DNA of 64,000 nucleotides from Escherichia coli (GTDB lineage Bacteria; Pseudomonadota; Gammaproteobacteria; Enterobacterales; Enterobacteriaceae): NCBI RefSeq assembly GCF_048403405.1, contig NZ_CP183129.1; one strand, 5' to 3'. Shown piece by piece: positions 52,888 to 64,000 of this stretch (position 1 is its first letter; each line of letters starts with the position of its first letter). The notes under the pieces were generated by a model. It saw only the letters and a program-made list of their open reading frames with translations, ran no database searches and was not told where the DNA came from. The position numbers and the translations under genes were made by a program.

Positions 52888-54147
52888 ATGGCTAACCAAT
52901 TAGCAAAAGACCTTGAAATCATGTTCGAAAACTACGTTGAAGGCTTTGAGGCCGCCTGCGTAGTTTCCCGTAACGCTAAAAAATTCCGTCCCGGTGATAC
53001 AGCAATGCAGCGAGCAGGTGATGTTCTGTATCGTCCGCAGCATTACCACATGAACATTGAGGAGGGCTTGGACCTCAGCGAAAAAACACCAACAGCACTG
53101 GTTCAGCGCCTTGTTCCTTCTGTGTTCAAGGAGCCGAAAAACATTCTGTACACTCTGGATGCGCGTGAAATGCGTGACCCGGAACATAAAACTGAAGCTG
53201 GTCGAGCCGCAGGTATGCGCCTTGCTGCACAGATTGACTCTGACCTGATTTCCATGGTCACGCAGCGTGCTACTAACGTGGTCGCAATTCCTGCCTCAGA
53301 AAATGGCTCACGGGGCCTTGCCTTGTGGAATGGTGCGGCAGATATTGATGCCACCATGACGGCGATTGGTGTACCTCAGGGTATCAACCGTCGCTCTTTC
53401 TGGAACCCATTCAACTACAAAGACCTTGCTGGCGAGCTTGGTCACCGTGCCTACGCTCAGGGCGCAACCCTGACAGCATACGAAAAAGCGCAGATCCCTC
53501 CGGTTGCTTCCTTTGATAGCTACAAGACCGATATTTCCGGTCGATTACCGGCAGGAAGCACTGAAACCTTGACAGTATCAAATCAACCTGAACACAAGGT
53601 TGAAGCGAAAGATTCAAATGGCATGCCTGTTGATAACCGACAGGGGACCATTACGGTATCTGCTAAAGGCTTGCAGGTTGGCGATGCGTTTACCATCGCA
53701 GGTGTGAATTCCGTACACCAGATCACCAAAGATACCACCGGGCAGCCGCAGGTATTCCGCGTTCTGGCAGTAGACACAGCAGGAACCACCGTAACAATCT
53801 CTCCAAAGATTCTCCCTGTTGGAAATACTGATGTTGCGAGTCGTCCATATGCAAACGTCTATGCCAAACCGGCAGAATCAGCAGCAATCACCATTCTCAA
53901 CAAGAACGCAGCACCGGCTAACCTATTCTGGGCTGATGGTTCTGTTGAACTGATGTACGGAAAACTGGCATTCCCGACTGGTCAGGGGCCACAGGTAATG
54001 ACAGCAACCACCGAGCAGGGCGCTACGCTGATCATGTCTTACTCCTTCGACCACATCAAAGGCGTAACCACTGCTCGTTTCACCACTCTGTACGGTTGCT
54101 CTGTACTGGTTCCTGAATATACGGGCATCGTTATTGCCGGGCAGTAA
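52888..54147 (+). CDS. major capsid (coat) protein
   Basis: 419-aa ORF in the P22 coat position. Confidence 0.75.
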   Translation: MANQLAKDLEIMFENYVEGFEAACVVSRNAKKFRPGDTAMQRAGDVLYRPQHYHMNIEEGLDLSEKTPTALVQRLVPSVFKEPKNILYTLDAREMRDPEHKTEAGRAAGMRLAAQIDSDLISMVTQRATNVVAIPASENGSRGLALWNGAADIDATMTAIGVPQGINRRSFWNPFNYKDLAGELGHRAYAQGATLTAYEKAQIPPVASFDSYKTDISGRLPAGSTETLTVSNQPEHKVEAKDSNGMPVDNRQGTITVSAKGLQVGDAFTIAGVNSVHQITKDTTGQPQVFRVLAVDTAGTTVTISPKILPVGNTDVASRPYANVYAKPAESAAITILNKNAAPANLFWADGSVELMYGKLAFPTGQGPQVMTATTEQGATLIMSYSFDHIKGVTTARFTTLYGCSVLVPEYTGIVIAGQ

Positions 54148-54149
54148 TT

Positions 54150-54377
54150 TTGGTGGGGCTTCGGCCCCATTTTTATTGGGAGAAGACAATGGTACGAACA
54201 ATGCTCTATAAGCCTGGCAACATGATCACCTGTGGTCAGTTTGCTGTCGATTACATCATTGTTGATGACGAAGAAGTTAAATCTCACCTGAAAAAAGGCT
54301 GGGTGAAAACTCCTGAAGAAACCGCAACGAAGCAAAAAGTGGCTAAGGCGGAAGAAGATGGCGAAAACGAAGGGTGA
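54150..54377 (+). CDS. small hypothetical virion-module protein
   Basis: 75-aa ORF; likely start at MVRTML. Confidence 0.35.
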   Translation: MVGLRPHFYWEKTMVRTMLYKPGNMITCGQFAVDYIIVDDEEVKSHLKKGWVKTPEETATKQKVAKAEEDGENEG

Positions 54378-54819
54378 TCTCGTTCTAAAGGCTTTACGAA
54401 AAGCTGGGCTGTATTCCAATGCCACGTTGACAGATGCTGACCCTCAGGCAATTGAAGATGCCATTAATGACCTCGAAGACATGATGGCAGCATGGCAGGC
54501 GAAAGGTATCGAGCTTGGATATCAGTTTGCTGATACAGAAAACGGCATCATGCCGTTACCTGACGATGATTCAGGTATCCCTGCATGGGCAAATGATGGC
54601 GTCGCTTTGAAACTCGCTGTGCAAGTGTGCATGGATAACGTCATTCAGCCGTCAGACGCTCTCCTTACCGCTGCTGACAGTGCATATCAGACAATCTGTA
54701 TCGCTTTAACCAAAATACCACCACTTGAGCGACGAAATGACATGCCTCGCGGGGCGGGGTTAAAAAGCGCGTTTACGTGGAATCGGTTTTACATCGAGAA
54801 AGATGATCCGAGTACGTGA
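54358..54819 (+). CDS. head-to-tail adaptor (P22 gp4-like)
   Basis: 153 aa, position and size. Confidence 0.6.
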   Translation: MAKTKGDLVLKALRKAGLYSNATLTDADPQAIEDAINDLEDMMAAWQAKGIELGYQFADTENGIMPLPDDDSGIPAWANDGVALKLAVQVCMDNVIQPSDALLTAADSAYQTICIALTKIPPLERRNDMPRGAGLKSAFTWNRFYIEKDDPST

Positions 54820-54828
54820 GGTGAATAA

Positions 54829-56247
54829 ATGCCGATTCAGCAACTTCCGCTTATGAAAGGTGTCGGCAAAGACTTTAGAAACGCTGACTATATCGACTAT
54901 CTGCCAGTGAATATGTTGGCTACACCCAAAGAAATCCTGAACAGCAGCGGATATCTTCGCTCATTCCCGGGCATTGCAAAACGTTCTGATGTGAACGGCG
55001 TATCGCGCGGTGTCGAGTACAACATGGCGCAGAATGCTGTTTATCGCGTTTGCGGTGGCAAGTTGTATAAGGGAGAAAGCGAGGTCGGTGATGTCGCCGG
55101 AAGTGGTCGCGTATCAATGGCGCATGGTCGAACATCTCAGGCGGTAGGCGTTAAAGGTCAACTGGTCGAGTATCGCTATGATGGCACGGTTAAAACAGTC
55201 TCAAACTGGCCTACAGACAGCGGATTCACTCAGTATGAGTTAGGTTCGGTTCGCGACATTACGCGTTTACGTGGGCGTTATGCGTGGTCAAAATACGGCA
55301 CTGATTCATGGTTTATCACTGACCTTCAAGACGAATCGCATCCTGACCGTTACAGCGCACAATATCGCGCAGAATCGCAGCCGGACGGTATCATCGGCAT
55401 CGGAACATGGCGAGACTTCATCGTCTGCTTTGGTTCATCGACGATTGAATATTTTTCCCTGACTGGGGCAACCACCGTTGGTGCCGCTTTGTATGTCGCA
55501 CAGCCATCACTGATGGTGCAGAAAGGCATTGCCGGGACTTACTGCAAAACGCCATTCGCTGATTCGTATGCGTTCATCAGCAATCCGGCAACAGGTGCGC
55601 CGTCTGTTTACATCATCGGCTCCGGTCAGGTATCACCAATCGCCAGCGCGAGCATTGAGAAAATCCTCCGCTCCTACTCTGCTGATGAACTGGCTGATGG
55701 CGTGATGGAGTCTCTACGATTTGATGCTCATGAGTTGCTGATTATCCACCTTCCGCGCCACGTCCTCGTGTACGACGCATCTTCAAGCGCCAATGGTCCG
55801 CAATGGTGTGTGTTGAAAACTGGCTTGTATGACGATGTGTACCGAGCTATCGACTTCATTTACGAAGGCAATCAGATAACGTGCGGCGATAAGCTGGAGT
55901 CCGTGACCGGGAAATTGCAGTTCGATATCAGCAGTCAGTATAGCCTTCAACAGGAACACCTGCTGTTTACTCCACTCTTCAAAGCGGATAACGCCAGAGT
56001 GTTCGACCTTGAGGTTGAATCGTCAACTGGCGTTGCGCAGTACGCCGACCGCCTTTTTCTCTCTGCAACCACTGACGGCATCAATTACGGGCGTGAGCAG
56101 ATGATTGAGCAGAATGAACCGTTCGTTTACGACAAGCGTGTTTTGTGGAAGCGAGTAGGGCGCATCAGGAAAAATGTCGGCTTCAAATTGCGCGTTATCA
56201 CGAAGTCACCTGTCACTCTGTCTGGCGCTCAGATAAGGATTGAGTAA
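54829..56247 (+). CDS. tail hub protein (P22 gp10-like)
   Basis: 472 aa, same length as P22 gp10. Confidence 0.65.
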   Translation: MPIQQLPLMKGVGKDFRNADYIDYLPVNMLATPKEILNSSGYLRSFPGIAKRSDVNGVSRGVEYNMAQNAVYRVCGGKLYKGESEVGDVAGSGRVSMAHGRTSQAVGVKGQLVEYRYDGTVKTVSNWPTDSGFTQYELGSVRDITRLRGRYAWSKYGTDSWFITDLQDESHPDRYSAQYRAESQPDGIIGIGTWRDFIVCFGSSTIEYFSLTGATTVGAALYVAQPSLMVQKGIAGTYCKTPFADSYAFISNPATGAPSVYIIGSGQVSPIASASIEKILRSYSADELADGVMESLRFDAHELLIIHLPRHVLVYDASSSANGPQWCVLKTGLYDDVYRAIDFIYEGNQITCGDKLESVTGKLQFDISSQYSLQQEHLLFTPLFKADNARVFDLEVESSTGVAQYADRLFLSATTDGINYGREQMIEQNEPFVYDKRVLWKRVGRIRKNVGFKLRVITKSPVTLSGAQIRIE

Positions 56248-57200
56248 TGGCTGATTCGAATCTCAATGTGCCGGTAATCATCCAAGCTACGCGGCTCGAT
56301 ACATCAGTCCTTCCACGCAATATCTTCTCGCAGTCGTATCTGCTTTACGTTATCGCACAGGGCACTGATGTTGGTAATGTGGCTAACAAAGCCAACGAGG
56401 CCGGACAGGGCGCTTATGATGCACAGGTCAGGAACGATGAGCAGGATGTCACCCTTGCAGACCATGAATCCAGAATTGAAGCTGCTGAAGCAACTCTCAT
56501 CAATCATGAACATAGAATTGCAGCAGCGGAAAGCACTCTTGCAGATCATGAAACAAGGATTACGGCTGCTGAAACAGAGCTGGCTGATCACGAGACGCGA
56601 ATTGCTGCCAATGAATCTGAGTTAGCAAACCATGATGCGCTCATAACTCAGAATACAACCGATATCGATGCACTTGATACCAGGCTCACAGCGGCAGAGG
56701 GAAGTATTTCGACGCTACAAGGCACAGTTGGTGATCACTCAACAAGAATATCTGCGCTTGAGTATGCCATCACGCGCAAGAAATCAGAGGTTGTTTACTC
56801 TGGCGTATCTGTAACCATCCCGACAGCGCCGACCAACCTTGTTAGCCTGCTGAAAACGCTCACGCCGTCATCCGGGACGTTGGCACCATTCTTCGACACT
56901 GTTAACAACAAGATGGTTGTGTTCAACGAGAACAAAACCTTGTTCTTCAAGCTGTCGATCGTCGGGACGTGGCCCAGCGGAACCGCCAACAGGTCAATGC
57001 AGCTAACCTTTTCCGGCTCTGTTCCTGACACGTTGGTCAGCAGTCGTAATGCGGCGACAACAACCGACAACATCCTGTTAGCTACGTTCTTCAGCGTGGA
57101 TAAAGACGGCTTTCTTGCCACAAATGGCAGTACGTTAACCATTCAGTCAAATGGTGCGGCGTTTACTGCCACAACCATCAAGATAATCGCGGAGCAGTAA
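56247..57200 (+). CDS. tail needle (P22 gp26-like) with extended C-terminal domain
   Basis: N-terminus [43 protein letters not shown] resembles gp26; heptad ADHETRI repeats. Confidence 0.75.
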   Translation: MADSNLNVPVIIQATRLDTSVLPRNIFSQSYLLYVIAQGTDVGNVANKANEAGQGAYDAQVRNDEQDVTLADHESRIEAAEATLINHEHRIAAAESTLADHETRITAAETELADHETRIAANESELANHDALITQNTTDIDALDTRLTAAEGSISTLQGTVGDHSTRISALEYAITRKKSEVVYSGVSVTIPTAPTNLVSLLKTLTPSSGTLAPFFDTVNNKMVVFNENKTLFFKLSIVGTWPSGTANRSMQLTFSGSVPDTLVSSRNAATTTDNILLATFFSVDKDGFLATNGSTLTIQSNGAAFTATTIKIIAEQ

Positions 57201-57655
57201 TGATTCAGTTCAAACCAACGCGAAACATCGACCTGATCGAAGCAGTCGGAAATCACCCTGACATTATTGCCGGGAGCAACAACGGTGATGGATACGACTA
57301 CAAACCTGATTGCCGTTACTTTGAGGTGAACGTGCACGGGCAGTTCGGCGGCATTGTTTACTATCAGGAGATTCAGCCGCTTACATTCGATTGCCACGCC
57401 ATGTACCTGCCAGAGATTCGCGGATTCAGCAAGGAAATCGGGCTGGCGTTCTGGCGATACATTCTGACTAACACCACCGTTCAGTGCGTCACATCGTTCG
57501 CTGCACGCAAATTCCGCCACGGGCAGATGTACTGCGCAATGATTGGCCTTAAGCGTGTAGGAACCATCAAGAAATACTTCAAAGGCGTGGATGACGTGAC
57601 GTTTTACAGCGCCACACGCGAAGAACTAATCGACTTCCTGAATCACGGGAGATAG
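57200..57655 (+). CDS. virion protein (P22 gp14-like)
   Basis: 151 aa, position. Confidence 0.5.
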   Translation: MIQFKPTRNIDLIEAVGNHPDIIAGSNNGDGYDYKPDCRYFEVNVHGQFGGIVYYQEIQPLTFDCHAMYLPEIRGFSKEIGLAFWRYILTNTTVQCVTSFAARKFRHGQMYCAMIGLKRVGTIKKYFKGVDDVTFYSATREELIDFLNHGR

Positions 57656-57657
57656 CC

Positions 57658-58350
57658 ATGTTATATGCATTTAAGCTGGGCAGAAAACTGCGCGGCGAGG
57701 AACCTTATTGCCCTGAAAAAGGCGGGAAAGGTGGCAGTTCTGATAAAAGTGCAAAGTATGCCGCAGAAGCTCAGAAGTATGCCGCAGACCTGCAAAATAA
57801 GCAGTTCAACACCATCATGAACAACCTGAAGCCGTTTACTCCTCTGGCTGATAAGTATCTCGGCAGCCTCGAGAACTTATCGTCTCTGGAGGGGCAAGGT
57901 CAGGCGCTAAACCAGTATTACAACTCTCAGCAGTACAAAGATCTTGCTGGTCAGGCTCGCTATCAGAGTCTGGCTGCAGCGGAAGCAACAGGTGGATTGG
58001 GTTCCACCGCAACCAGTAATCAGTTAGCAACAATCGCACCAACGCTTGGTCAGCAATGGCTATCTGGACAAATGAACAATTACAACAACCTGGCAAATAT
58101 CGGTCTTGGCGCTCTTCAGGGGCAGGCAAACGCCGGGCAAACATATGCCAACAACATGAGTCAGATTTCACAGCAAAGCGCGGCGCTGGCGGCGGCAAAC
58201 GCCAACCGACCGTCAGCATTGCAGCAGGGTGTTAGTGGTGCTGCATCCGGTGCGCTTTTGGGTGGTGGCATAGCCAGTGCTCTCGAGCTATCAACTCCGT
58301 GGGGTGCTGGTATCGGTGCTGGTCTTGGTCTGCTTGGCTCGTTGTTTTAA
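57658..58350 (+). CDS. ejection protein (P22 gp7-like)
   Basis: 230 aa, Gly/Ala/Gln-rich. Confidence 0.6.
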   Translation: MLYAFKLGRKLRGEEPYCPEKGGKGGSSDKSAKYAAEAQKYAADLQNKQFNTIMNNLKPFTPLADKYLGSLENLSSLEGQGQALNQYYNSQQYKDLAGQARYQSLAAAEATGGLGSTATSNQLATIAPTLGQQWLSGQMNNYNNLANIGLGALQGQANAGQTYANNMSQISQQSAALAAANANRPSALQQGVSGAASGALLGGGIASALELSTPWGAGIGAGLGLLGSLF

Positions 58351-58360
58351 GGGGTAATCA

Positions 58361-59776
58361 ATGGCTACGTGGCAACAGGGTATTAATTCTGGTGGTTTTC
58401 TGGCTGGAATTGGTGCGCAAAATGAGAATGCGCCAAAGGCAAGCGACATTAACGCAACGCTTGGTCTGATTCGCGAAAACAATGAACTGGCTCGCTCAGG
58501 TGCAAATAACGTTGGTCTGACCGCGTTACGTGGTCTGGCTGGAGTTGCTGATATTTACAATCAGGAACAGCAACAGAAAGCTATTAGTGCGTTCAATAAG
58601 GTTCACGCTGATGCATGGGTTTCTGGTGATCCATCGGGACTATTTAAGTTTGCCCAGGAAAATCCAGCGTTTGTTGCACAGGCACAACAGGCGTTTTCAG
58701 GTCTTAATGATCAGCAACGCAACGATATGGGCGATTTAGCCATGAGGGCTAACGTCGCTCTTTCTCAGGGACCGGAAGCCTACAGTAAATTCATTACTGA
58801 CAACAAGGACAGGTTAAATCGCGTGGGGGCGAATGCTGACTGGATGATTCAGACAGGTATCCAGAATCCAGAGCAGCTATCACACATGCTGACTACTATG
58901 TCTCTCGGTGCGCTTGGACCAGAAAAGGCGTTTGCTGTTCAGGACAAGATGGCTGGTCGTGAAATTGACCGAGGCAGACTGGCAGAGACAATCCGCAGCA
59001 ATCAGGCTGGAGAAGCACTTCAGGCGAGAGGGCAAAACCTTTCCTATCAGTCAGCAATGACTGGGCACAATATCGCAGCACAACGCTTGGCTCTGGATCA
59101 GCAAGAGTTCGGGTTTAAGATGCAGCAAGCGCAGGAAAAGGCTCAGCAGTTGATTAGCGAAGCACCTAAGCTGTCAGTAAACATGGAAAAAGGCATCGAG
59201 ACGGCTGTAAACAATGCCACAGCATCATCAAACTCAGCCAATTCCATGAGTGCGCTTGCTCAACAGTTCAGAGCAGAAAAACCAACGACAGGTTTGTTCG
59301 GTAACGCACAGAACATGTTCGCAAAACTTACCGGAAGCGATACGACATTGCGTGATTTGCGCATTCGCCAAAATGCTCTTGTTAACAGTCAGGTTCTTAA
59401 ATTCCTACCTCCCGGCCCAGCAACGGATAAAGACGTTGAGATCGTTCGACAGGGTGCACCAACTGACATGGATAACCCTGAGACGGTCGCAAGATGGCTT
59501 GATGCGATGGCAAACCTTGAGCGACGAAACGCGCAGTTTAATGAGTTTAAAGCCGAGTGGATGAGCGCGAATGGCAATCCAGGACAATCGCGTAATGGCG
59601 GTCAGATATTGGGGTTGGATGTTAAAAAAGGTGAATCATTGGGGAGTGCCGTTAAGCGGTATATGTCAATGAATACTGACGCAGCGCCAGCACAAGATTC
59701 GACACCTTCAGGAGAACCACGGAATCAGGTTGGATCATATACCTCAAAATCAGGCATTCAATTTACGGTGGAATGA
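58361..59776 (+). CDS. ejection protein (P22 gp20-like)
   Basis: 471 aa, same length as P22 gp20. Confidence 0.6.
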   Translation: MATWQQGINSGGFLAGIGAQNENAPKASDINATLGLIRENNELARSGANNVGLTALRGLAGVADIYNQEQQQKAISAFNKVHADAWVSGDPSGLFKFAQENPAFVAQAQQAFSGLNDQQRNDMGDLAMRANVALSQGPEAYSKFITDNKDRLNRVGANADWMIQTGIQNPEQLSHMLTTMSLGALGPEKAFAVQDKMAGREIDRGRLAETIRSNQAGEALQARGQNLSYQSAMTGHNIAAQRLALDQQEFGFKMQQAQEKAQQLISEAPKLSVNMEKGIETAVNNATASSNSANSMSALAQQFRAEKPTTGLFGNAQNMFAKLTGSDTTLRDLRIRQNALVNSQVLKFLPPGPATDKDVEIVRQGAPTDMDNPETVARWLDAMANLERRNAQFNEFKAEWMSANGNPGQSRNGGQILGLDVKKGESLGSAVKRYMSMNTDAAPAQDSTPSGEPRNQVGSYTSKSGIQFTVE

Positions 59777-61614
59777 TGAAAGTAACTGCAAACGGTAAGA
59801 CATTTACCTTTCCTGATGGTACGAGCACCGAAGATATTGGCACCGCCATTGATGAGTATTTTGCTGGTCAGGCTGTTCAGCAACAAACAGTTAATCAGGC
59901 CAATAATGCACCAACACGGGAAGAACCATCATTGATGCAACAAGCTGGCGATTGGCTCACAGGTGGTCAAAGTGCAGGGCAAATTGCAGAACAGGCTGGT
60001 CGTGGTCTGGTAAACATACCATTTGACGTATTGCAGGGTGGCGCAAGTCTGATTAATGCAATCAGTCAGGGGCTTGGTGGGCCAAAAGTATTAGATGATG
60101 TCTATCGTCCAGTCGATCGACCGACAGACCCTTATGCGCAAGCTGGAGAAACAATTGGCGGGTATTTAGTTCCAGGAGTTGGAACGGCAGGAAGCATGGC
60201 TATTGGATCACTGGCAGAGGCCGCAAATCAGAAAGGCGATTTCGCACAAAATGCAGCTAAAAATGCCGGAGTTAACCTTGCCGCTCAGGGTGTTCTTTCC
60301 GCAGCAGCAAAGGGAATAGGGCGTGGAATAACGGCTATAAAAGGTGATATTGCGCCAGAAGTGGCGAAGAAAATTGCCACATCAGAATCGATGGGCGTGA
60401 CACCAATGACATCTGATGTTATCCCGCCGAAAAATGCTTTCACTCGCGGCCTTACTCAGGATGCCGAGGGGGCTTTGCTCGGGACAGGCTCAAAGCGAGC
60501 GGAGCAATATGCAACGCGTAGTAAGTTGGTAAGTAATTATTTTGACCGTTTTGGTGAGTACAACCCTGATGATGTGGTGAAATCTCTGACCACCACGTTA
60601 AGGGGGCGGAAGGATGCCGCTGGCGCTGTTATCAATGACGTCACCAATAAAATGGGTAATGCCGCAGTTGATACCACAAATACCATGAATGCTCTGAATA
60701 CAGCGATCGCAAGACAGGAACGGCTTGGGACTTCAGCCAATCAAAGCCTGCTTACATCCTTGCGTAACCTACGTGAAGAATTAGCAAACCCTGCAACTGA
60801 TTTGGATGTTACGTTTGATCTCTTGCGTCAGCACAGAACAGCATTTAGATCTAATGTTCAGGGAGATGCTATGGTCTTCCCCAACCAGGCAAAAGCAGCT
60901 ACCAATATGGTAGAGAATGCAATGTCAAAAGACCTTCGTAACGCAGTTGCTAAAAACCTCGGTGCATCAGACGCAGCAAAATACCTTAAAGCAAATTCCG
61001 ATTATGCAAACGTTTATAATAAGGTGCTTAATAAAAACATTGCTAACAAGCTCAACAAGGCAAGCAGTGAAGCCAGTCCTGAACTTATAAATACCGTTGT
61101 ATTAAGCAGAAAACCATCTGACGTAAAACGAATCTGGAGCGCATTGGATAATAAAGGGAAAGATGCTATGCGTGCAGCTTATGTCAGCAAAATAGCGGAA
61201 AAGGCCGGTGACTCTCCAGCCAAGTTCATCACTGAAGTTAATAAGCTGAAATCTCAGTCAGGCGGTGAAATTTACAACACTATTTTTTCTGGAAAGCACA
61301 TGAAAGAGCTTGATGCTCTTCATGAAGTTCTACAGCAAACAGCAAGGTCAGACACCGCAAATGTAGTAACTCAGACGGGGCAATCACAAGCCAACAGGAT
61401 AAGGACGATTGGCGCAACTGCGACTCTTGGCGTATCAATGGGGCTTGAGTCTGGCTTTGGTGCAATGATGCGTTTGTATGAGTCTAAAGCAGCAAGAAAC
61501 ATGCTTCTCCGCCTTGCAAACGTCAAGCCTGGAACTCCGGCATATGAGCGAGCGTTAAATCAGGCTGCTAACGCCGTTCGCCCTCTCCTAACTAACGAAG
61601 CTACCAGGCAGTAG
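59773..61614 (+). CDS. ejection protein (P22 gp16-like)
   Basis: 613 aa, position. Confidence 0.6.
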   Translation: MMKVTANGKTFTFPDGTSTEDIGTAIDEYFAGQAVQQQTVNQANNAPTREEPSLMQQAGDWLTGGQSAGQIAEQAGRGLVNIPFDVLQGGASLINAISQGLGGPKVLDDVYRPVDRPTDPYAQAGETIGGYLVPGVGTAGSMAIGSLAEAANQKGDFAQNAAKNAGVNLAAQGVLSAAAKGIGRGITAIKGDIAPEVAKKIATSESMGVTPMTSDVIPPKNAFTRGLTQDAEGALLGTGSKRAEQYATRSKLVSNYFDRFGEYNPDDVVKSLTTTLRGRKDAAGAVINDVTNKMGNAAVDTTNTMNALNTAIARQERLGTSANQSLLTSLRNLREELANPATDLDVTFDLLRQHRTAFRSNVQGDAMVFPNQAKAATNMVENAMSKDLRNAVAKNLGASDAAKYLKANSDYANVYNKVLNKNIANKLNKASSEASPELINTVVLSRKPSDVKRIWSALDNKGKDAMRAAYVSKIAEKAGDSPAKFITEVNKLKSQSGGEIYNTIFSGKHMKELDALHEVLQQTARSDTANVVTQTGQSQANRIRTIGATATLGVSMGLESGFGAMMRLYESKAARNMLLRLANVKPGTPAYERALNQAANAVRPLLTNEATRQ

Positions 61615-61633
61615 AAATGAACGCCAAGGAAGG

Positions 61634-61963
61634 CTATTTAATTCTCTTTTCAATGGCTGCAATTATTGCTTTTCCTGATGTTTCAGGAGATTTTGTAGCC
61701 ATATAAGACGAAAAAATCATGTCGGTCATTCTTTCATAACTTACTATTTCCCACTTAGCCAATGCATGGGACAGTTTGTAGTTGTCATCAGTTAGTGCCC
61801 TTATGGAATTTTTTAAGTGTTTATTCTCTTCTGTTAATCGCGCAATTTTTGTATCAATTTCATGTGAGCGATCTAATTCCTTAACCTGTTTCTTGAGGGC
61901 AGCTAACCCTGCATATAGTACGCAACAGGATATCCCAAGAGCGAGTACAACTATTTCTAACAC
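61634..61963 (-). CDS. membrane-anchored coiled-coil protein; candidate superinfection-exclusion moron
   Basis: GTG start with AAGGAGG RBS gives 109 aa: N-terminal TM helix then coiled coil; track start at 62038 looks like an extension. Confidence 0.5.
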   Translation of the reverse strand: MLEIVVLALGISCCVLYAGLAALKKQVKELDRSHEIDTKIARLTEENKHLKNSIRALTDDNYKLSHALAKWEIVSYERMTDMIFSSYMATKSPETSGKAIIAAIEKRIK

Positions 61964-62026
61964 ACCAACCTCCTTAGTTTTGAGCAGGATACCAGATGAT
62001 AATGTGTAGTTGGAGTAGCGCGGTTG

Positions 62027-62120
62027 TAATGCAAGCATTTTGTTTTAGCTTTATGCTTGCTTGTATGTGTGTACAGTGTATATAATGCAAGCATACATCA
62101 CAACAAAGGTGCTTGCATTA
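62027..62120. promoter_or_regulatory. operator array with promoter for the 322-aa gene
   Basis: four TAATGCAAGCAT-type half-sites in alternating orientation (62027, 62053, 62083, 62111); TTGCTT-18 bp-TATAAT overlaps sites 2 and 3. Confidence 0.55.
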
Positions 62121-63088
62121 TGACTGAAAAGAAAAGTGGCGAAGGGAAAGCTAAGGGCGGGATCGCTCGCGCAAAGTCGCTGACTAAAGAGCAGCGTTCT
62201 GAAATAGCAAAGAAAGCAGCTGCTGCAAGATGGAAAAGTAAGATTCTCAGGGCAACTCATCGTGGTAACTTTTTAGATGATTTTGGCATTGATGCTGAAT
62301 GTTATGTACTGGATGACGAGTCGAAAACTGTCGTTGTTACGAAAACTGGATTATCTCAGTTGCTAGGGATTGGTGAACATGCCAGGGATTTAGATCAACT
62401 GCTTGGCGCTCAGTATATGAGCAAATACCGAGATCTAGAATTGCAGCGAAAAATGGAAAATCCCTATAAATTTCAACTTACTTCGAAGTCTAAAACCGTT
62501 CATCAAGCGTTAGGTTATGACATTACAGCAATTGTTGATATTGGTAGGGCACTAATAGAAGCCAAAGATAATGACGATCTACCACAATCACGGTTAAAGG
62601 CAGCCGCCGCAGCACAGAGACTTATTAATGCCTCCGCTAAGGCGGGAATTAAGGGGGTTGCGTATGCGCTTGCTGGTTATCGTCCAGAAGTTCAGGCTGT
62701 CATTGACGAGTTCAAAGCGTTTGTTCGTGAAGAGGCTCGTCAATATGAAAAGGAATTTCCAGATGAGCTATACGAGGAGTGGTATCGACTGTACGGCCTG
62801 AATAGGCCAGAGAAAGGACGGCCTATTCGTTTTGGGCAGCTAACCAACATGCAGATATACACCCCGCTAGCAAAGAGTAAAGGTAAAATCCTTGAACAAA
62901 TTAGAGCCAGCCGAGACGAGAACGGAAAACAATCTGATAAGTTGCATCTGTTCCTTTCTGAAATTGGTGTCAAGGCTTTGCGTCAGCATATCGGTAAGCT
63001 TCTTGGTGTCGCAGCGATGAGTGAGACAAGAGAAGAATACGAAAAAGGAATAGAAAAGGTTTTCGGAAGAATGAAACCAGAAATCTAA
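62120..63088 (+). CDS. unknown 322-aa protein with basic N-terminal putative DNA-binding motif
   Basis: ATG at 62120 directly after the last half-site; KAKGGIARAKSLTKEQRSEIAKKAAAARW; no catalytic motif recognised. Confidence 0.6.
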   Translation: MTEKKSGEGKAKGGIARAKSLTKEQRSEIAKKAAAARWKSKILRATHRGNFLDDFGIDAECYVLDDESKTVVVTKTGLSQLLGIGEHARDLDQLLGAQYMSKYRDLELQRKMENPYKFQLTSKSKTVHQALGYDITAIVDIGRALIEAKDNDDLPQSRLKAAAAAQRLINASAKAGIKGVAYALAGYRPEVQAVIDEFKAFVREEARQYEKEFPDELYEEWYRLYGLNRPEKGRPIRFGQLTNMQIYTPLAKSKGKILEQIRASRDENGKQSDKLHLFLSEIGVKALRQHIGKLLGVAAMSETREEYEKGIEKVFGRMKPEI

Positions 63089-63103
63089 TTATGAAACCCA
63101 CCG

Positions 63104-63355
63104 TCAGGTGGGTTTTTTGTACAAATCCTTCAGCGTATCAAACACCATCTTCTTAACAAGTTCAGACTGCTCATCAGCGATGCGTTCCGCATCGTCTCGA
63201 TAGCCTGAAATTTTGGATGGCTTTGATACAGCATCAGTCACTATCTGAACTAATTCTGAATTAAGAGAGCGGCCATTGGATTTGGCTCGCTGTTTTAGTT
63301 TTTCCTTTAATTCGTAAGGTAGCCGCAGATTAAATTGCGGGTCATCTCTTCCCAT
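63104..63355 (-). CDS. mnt: Mnt-like ribbon-helix-helix repressor
   Basis: 83 aa; FNLRLPYELKEKLKQRAKSNGRSLNSELVQ and C-terminus resemble P22 Mnt. Confidence 0.8.
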   Translation of the reverse strand: MGRDDPQFNLRLPYELKEKLKQRAKSNGRSLNSELVQIVTDAVSKPSKISGYRDDAERIADEQSELVKKMVFDTLKDLYKKPT

Positions 63356-63418
63356 TCTTGATGCCTCACTTTTGTAAGTGGATCGGCATCATATGATCTA
63401 CTGGTTATATCCACAATA

Positions 63419-63433
63419 AGACCACTGTGGTCT
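63419..63433. promoter_or_regulatory. perfect palindrome, candidate Mnt operator
   Basis: AGACCAC-T-GTGGTCT between mnt and tailspike. Confidence 0.5.
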
Positions 63434-63490
63434 CAATGACGCATTGCCGTAGCCATGCTGCGGCGATTCCTTGTATCTGGAGCAAATTAA

Positions 63491-64000
63491 ATGACAGACA
63501 TTACAGCCAATGTTGTAGTGAGCATGCCTTCGCAACTCTTCACTATGGCGCGTTCTTTTAAAGCCGTAGCCAATGGCAAAATTTATATCGGAAAAATTGA
63601 CACTGACCCGGTAAATCCTGAAAACCAGATTCAGGTTTATGTGGAGAATGAGGATGGTTCTCACGCTCCTGTATCGCAACCAATCATCATTAACGCTGCT
63701 GGTTACCCGGTATATAACGGACAGATTGCCAAGTTCGTAACTGTGCAAGGCCATTCTATGGCTGTTTATGATGCGTATGGTGCGCAGCAGTTTTATTTTC
63801 CTAATGTGCTGAAGTATGACCCTGATCAGTTTCAGAAGAGGTTGGCATCCTTTGATGATGGTGATGGGGATGAATTAGTGTCGGTGAAACAACCATTCCC
63901 CGGAGCAGCAAATCAAACTCAACACCAAAAGAACCAACAAATCATTGATGTTCTTGACTTCGGTGCTCATCCATCGAATGCTGACAATAAAGTAGCTCTG
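63491..64000 (+). CDS. tailspike protein, N-terminal head-binding domain, 3'-truncated by window edge
   Basis: [46 protein letters not shown] resembles P22 gp9 N-terminus; not in the ORF track because no stop in window. Confidence 0.85.
   Translation, partial: MTDITANVVVSMPSQLFTMARSFKAVANGKIYIGKIDTDPVNPENQIQVYVENEDGSHAPVSQPIIINAAGYPVYNGQIAKFVTVQGHSMAVYDAYGAQQFYFPNVLKYDPDQFQKRLASFDDGDGDELVSVKQPFPGAANQTQHQKNQQIIDVLDFGAHPSNADNKVAL

Noticed and set aside
62120..63088. Calling the 322-aa protein an Ant antirepressor
   Set aside because: No recognisable antirepressor domains and the gene order differs from P22 immI; left as unknown.

Overview
Escherichia coli chromosomal window with three parts. 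(1) 1-16383: conserved core genes in the order frc(partial)-oxc-yfdV-yfdE / evgS-evgA / emrK-emrY / dsdA-dsdX / dsdC; evgS carries a 1-bp frameshift in a homopolymer. (2) 16384-28615: an accessory island with two divergent FimB/FimE-family tyrosine recombinases, a 275-bp candidate invertible promoter switch bounded by 7-bp inverted repeats (left repeat inside the recombinase 3' end), a LuxR-family regulator, a 2637-aa autotransporter and a Skp/OmpH-like chaperone gene. This matches my recollection of the ipuA/ipbA-ipuS-ipuR-upaE phase-variation locus of uropathogenic E. coli, but gene names are from memory. (3) 28616-64000 (runs off the window): a mosaic lambdoid prophage at a tRNA-Arg-derived att site next to the excisionase gene torI. 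It has a lambda-type immunity region (N, nutL, pL/OL, cI, OR, cro, nutR, cII-like), an O-like initiator with internal iteron origin plus a primase-helicase, a nin region, lambda-type Q with pR'/tR' and two tRNA-like genes, a phage-21-type lysis cassette and a P22-like virion module through the start of the tailspike. Best candidates for undescribed function are prophage morons: an unknown gene in the rexAB position after cI, a T5orf172-like gene between lysis and terminase, and a divergent gene pair with a four-half-site operator array next to mnt. All calls are by manual reading and recalled protein families; no searches were run.
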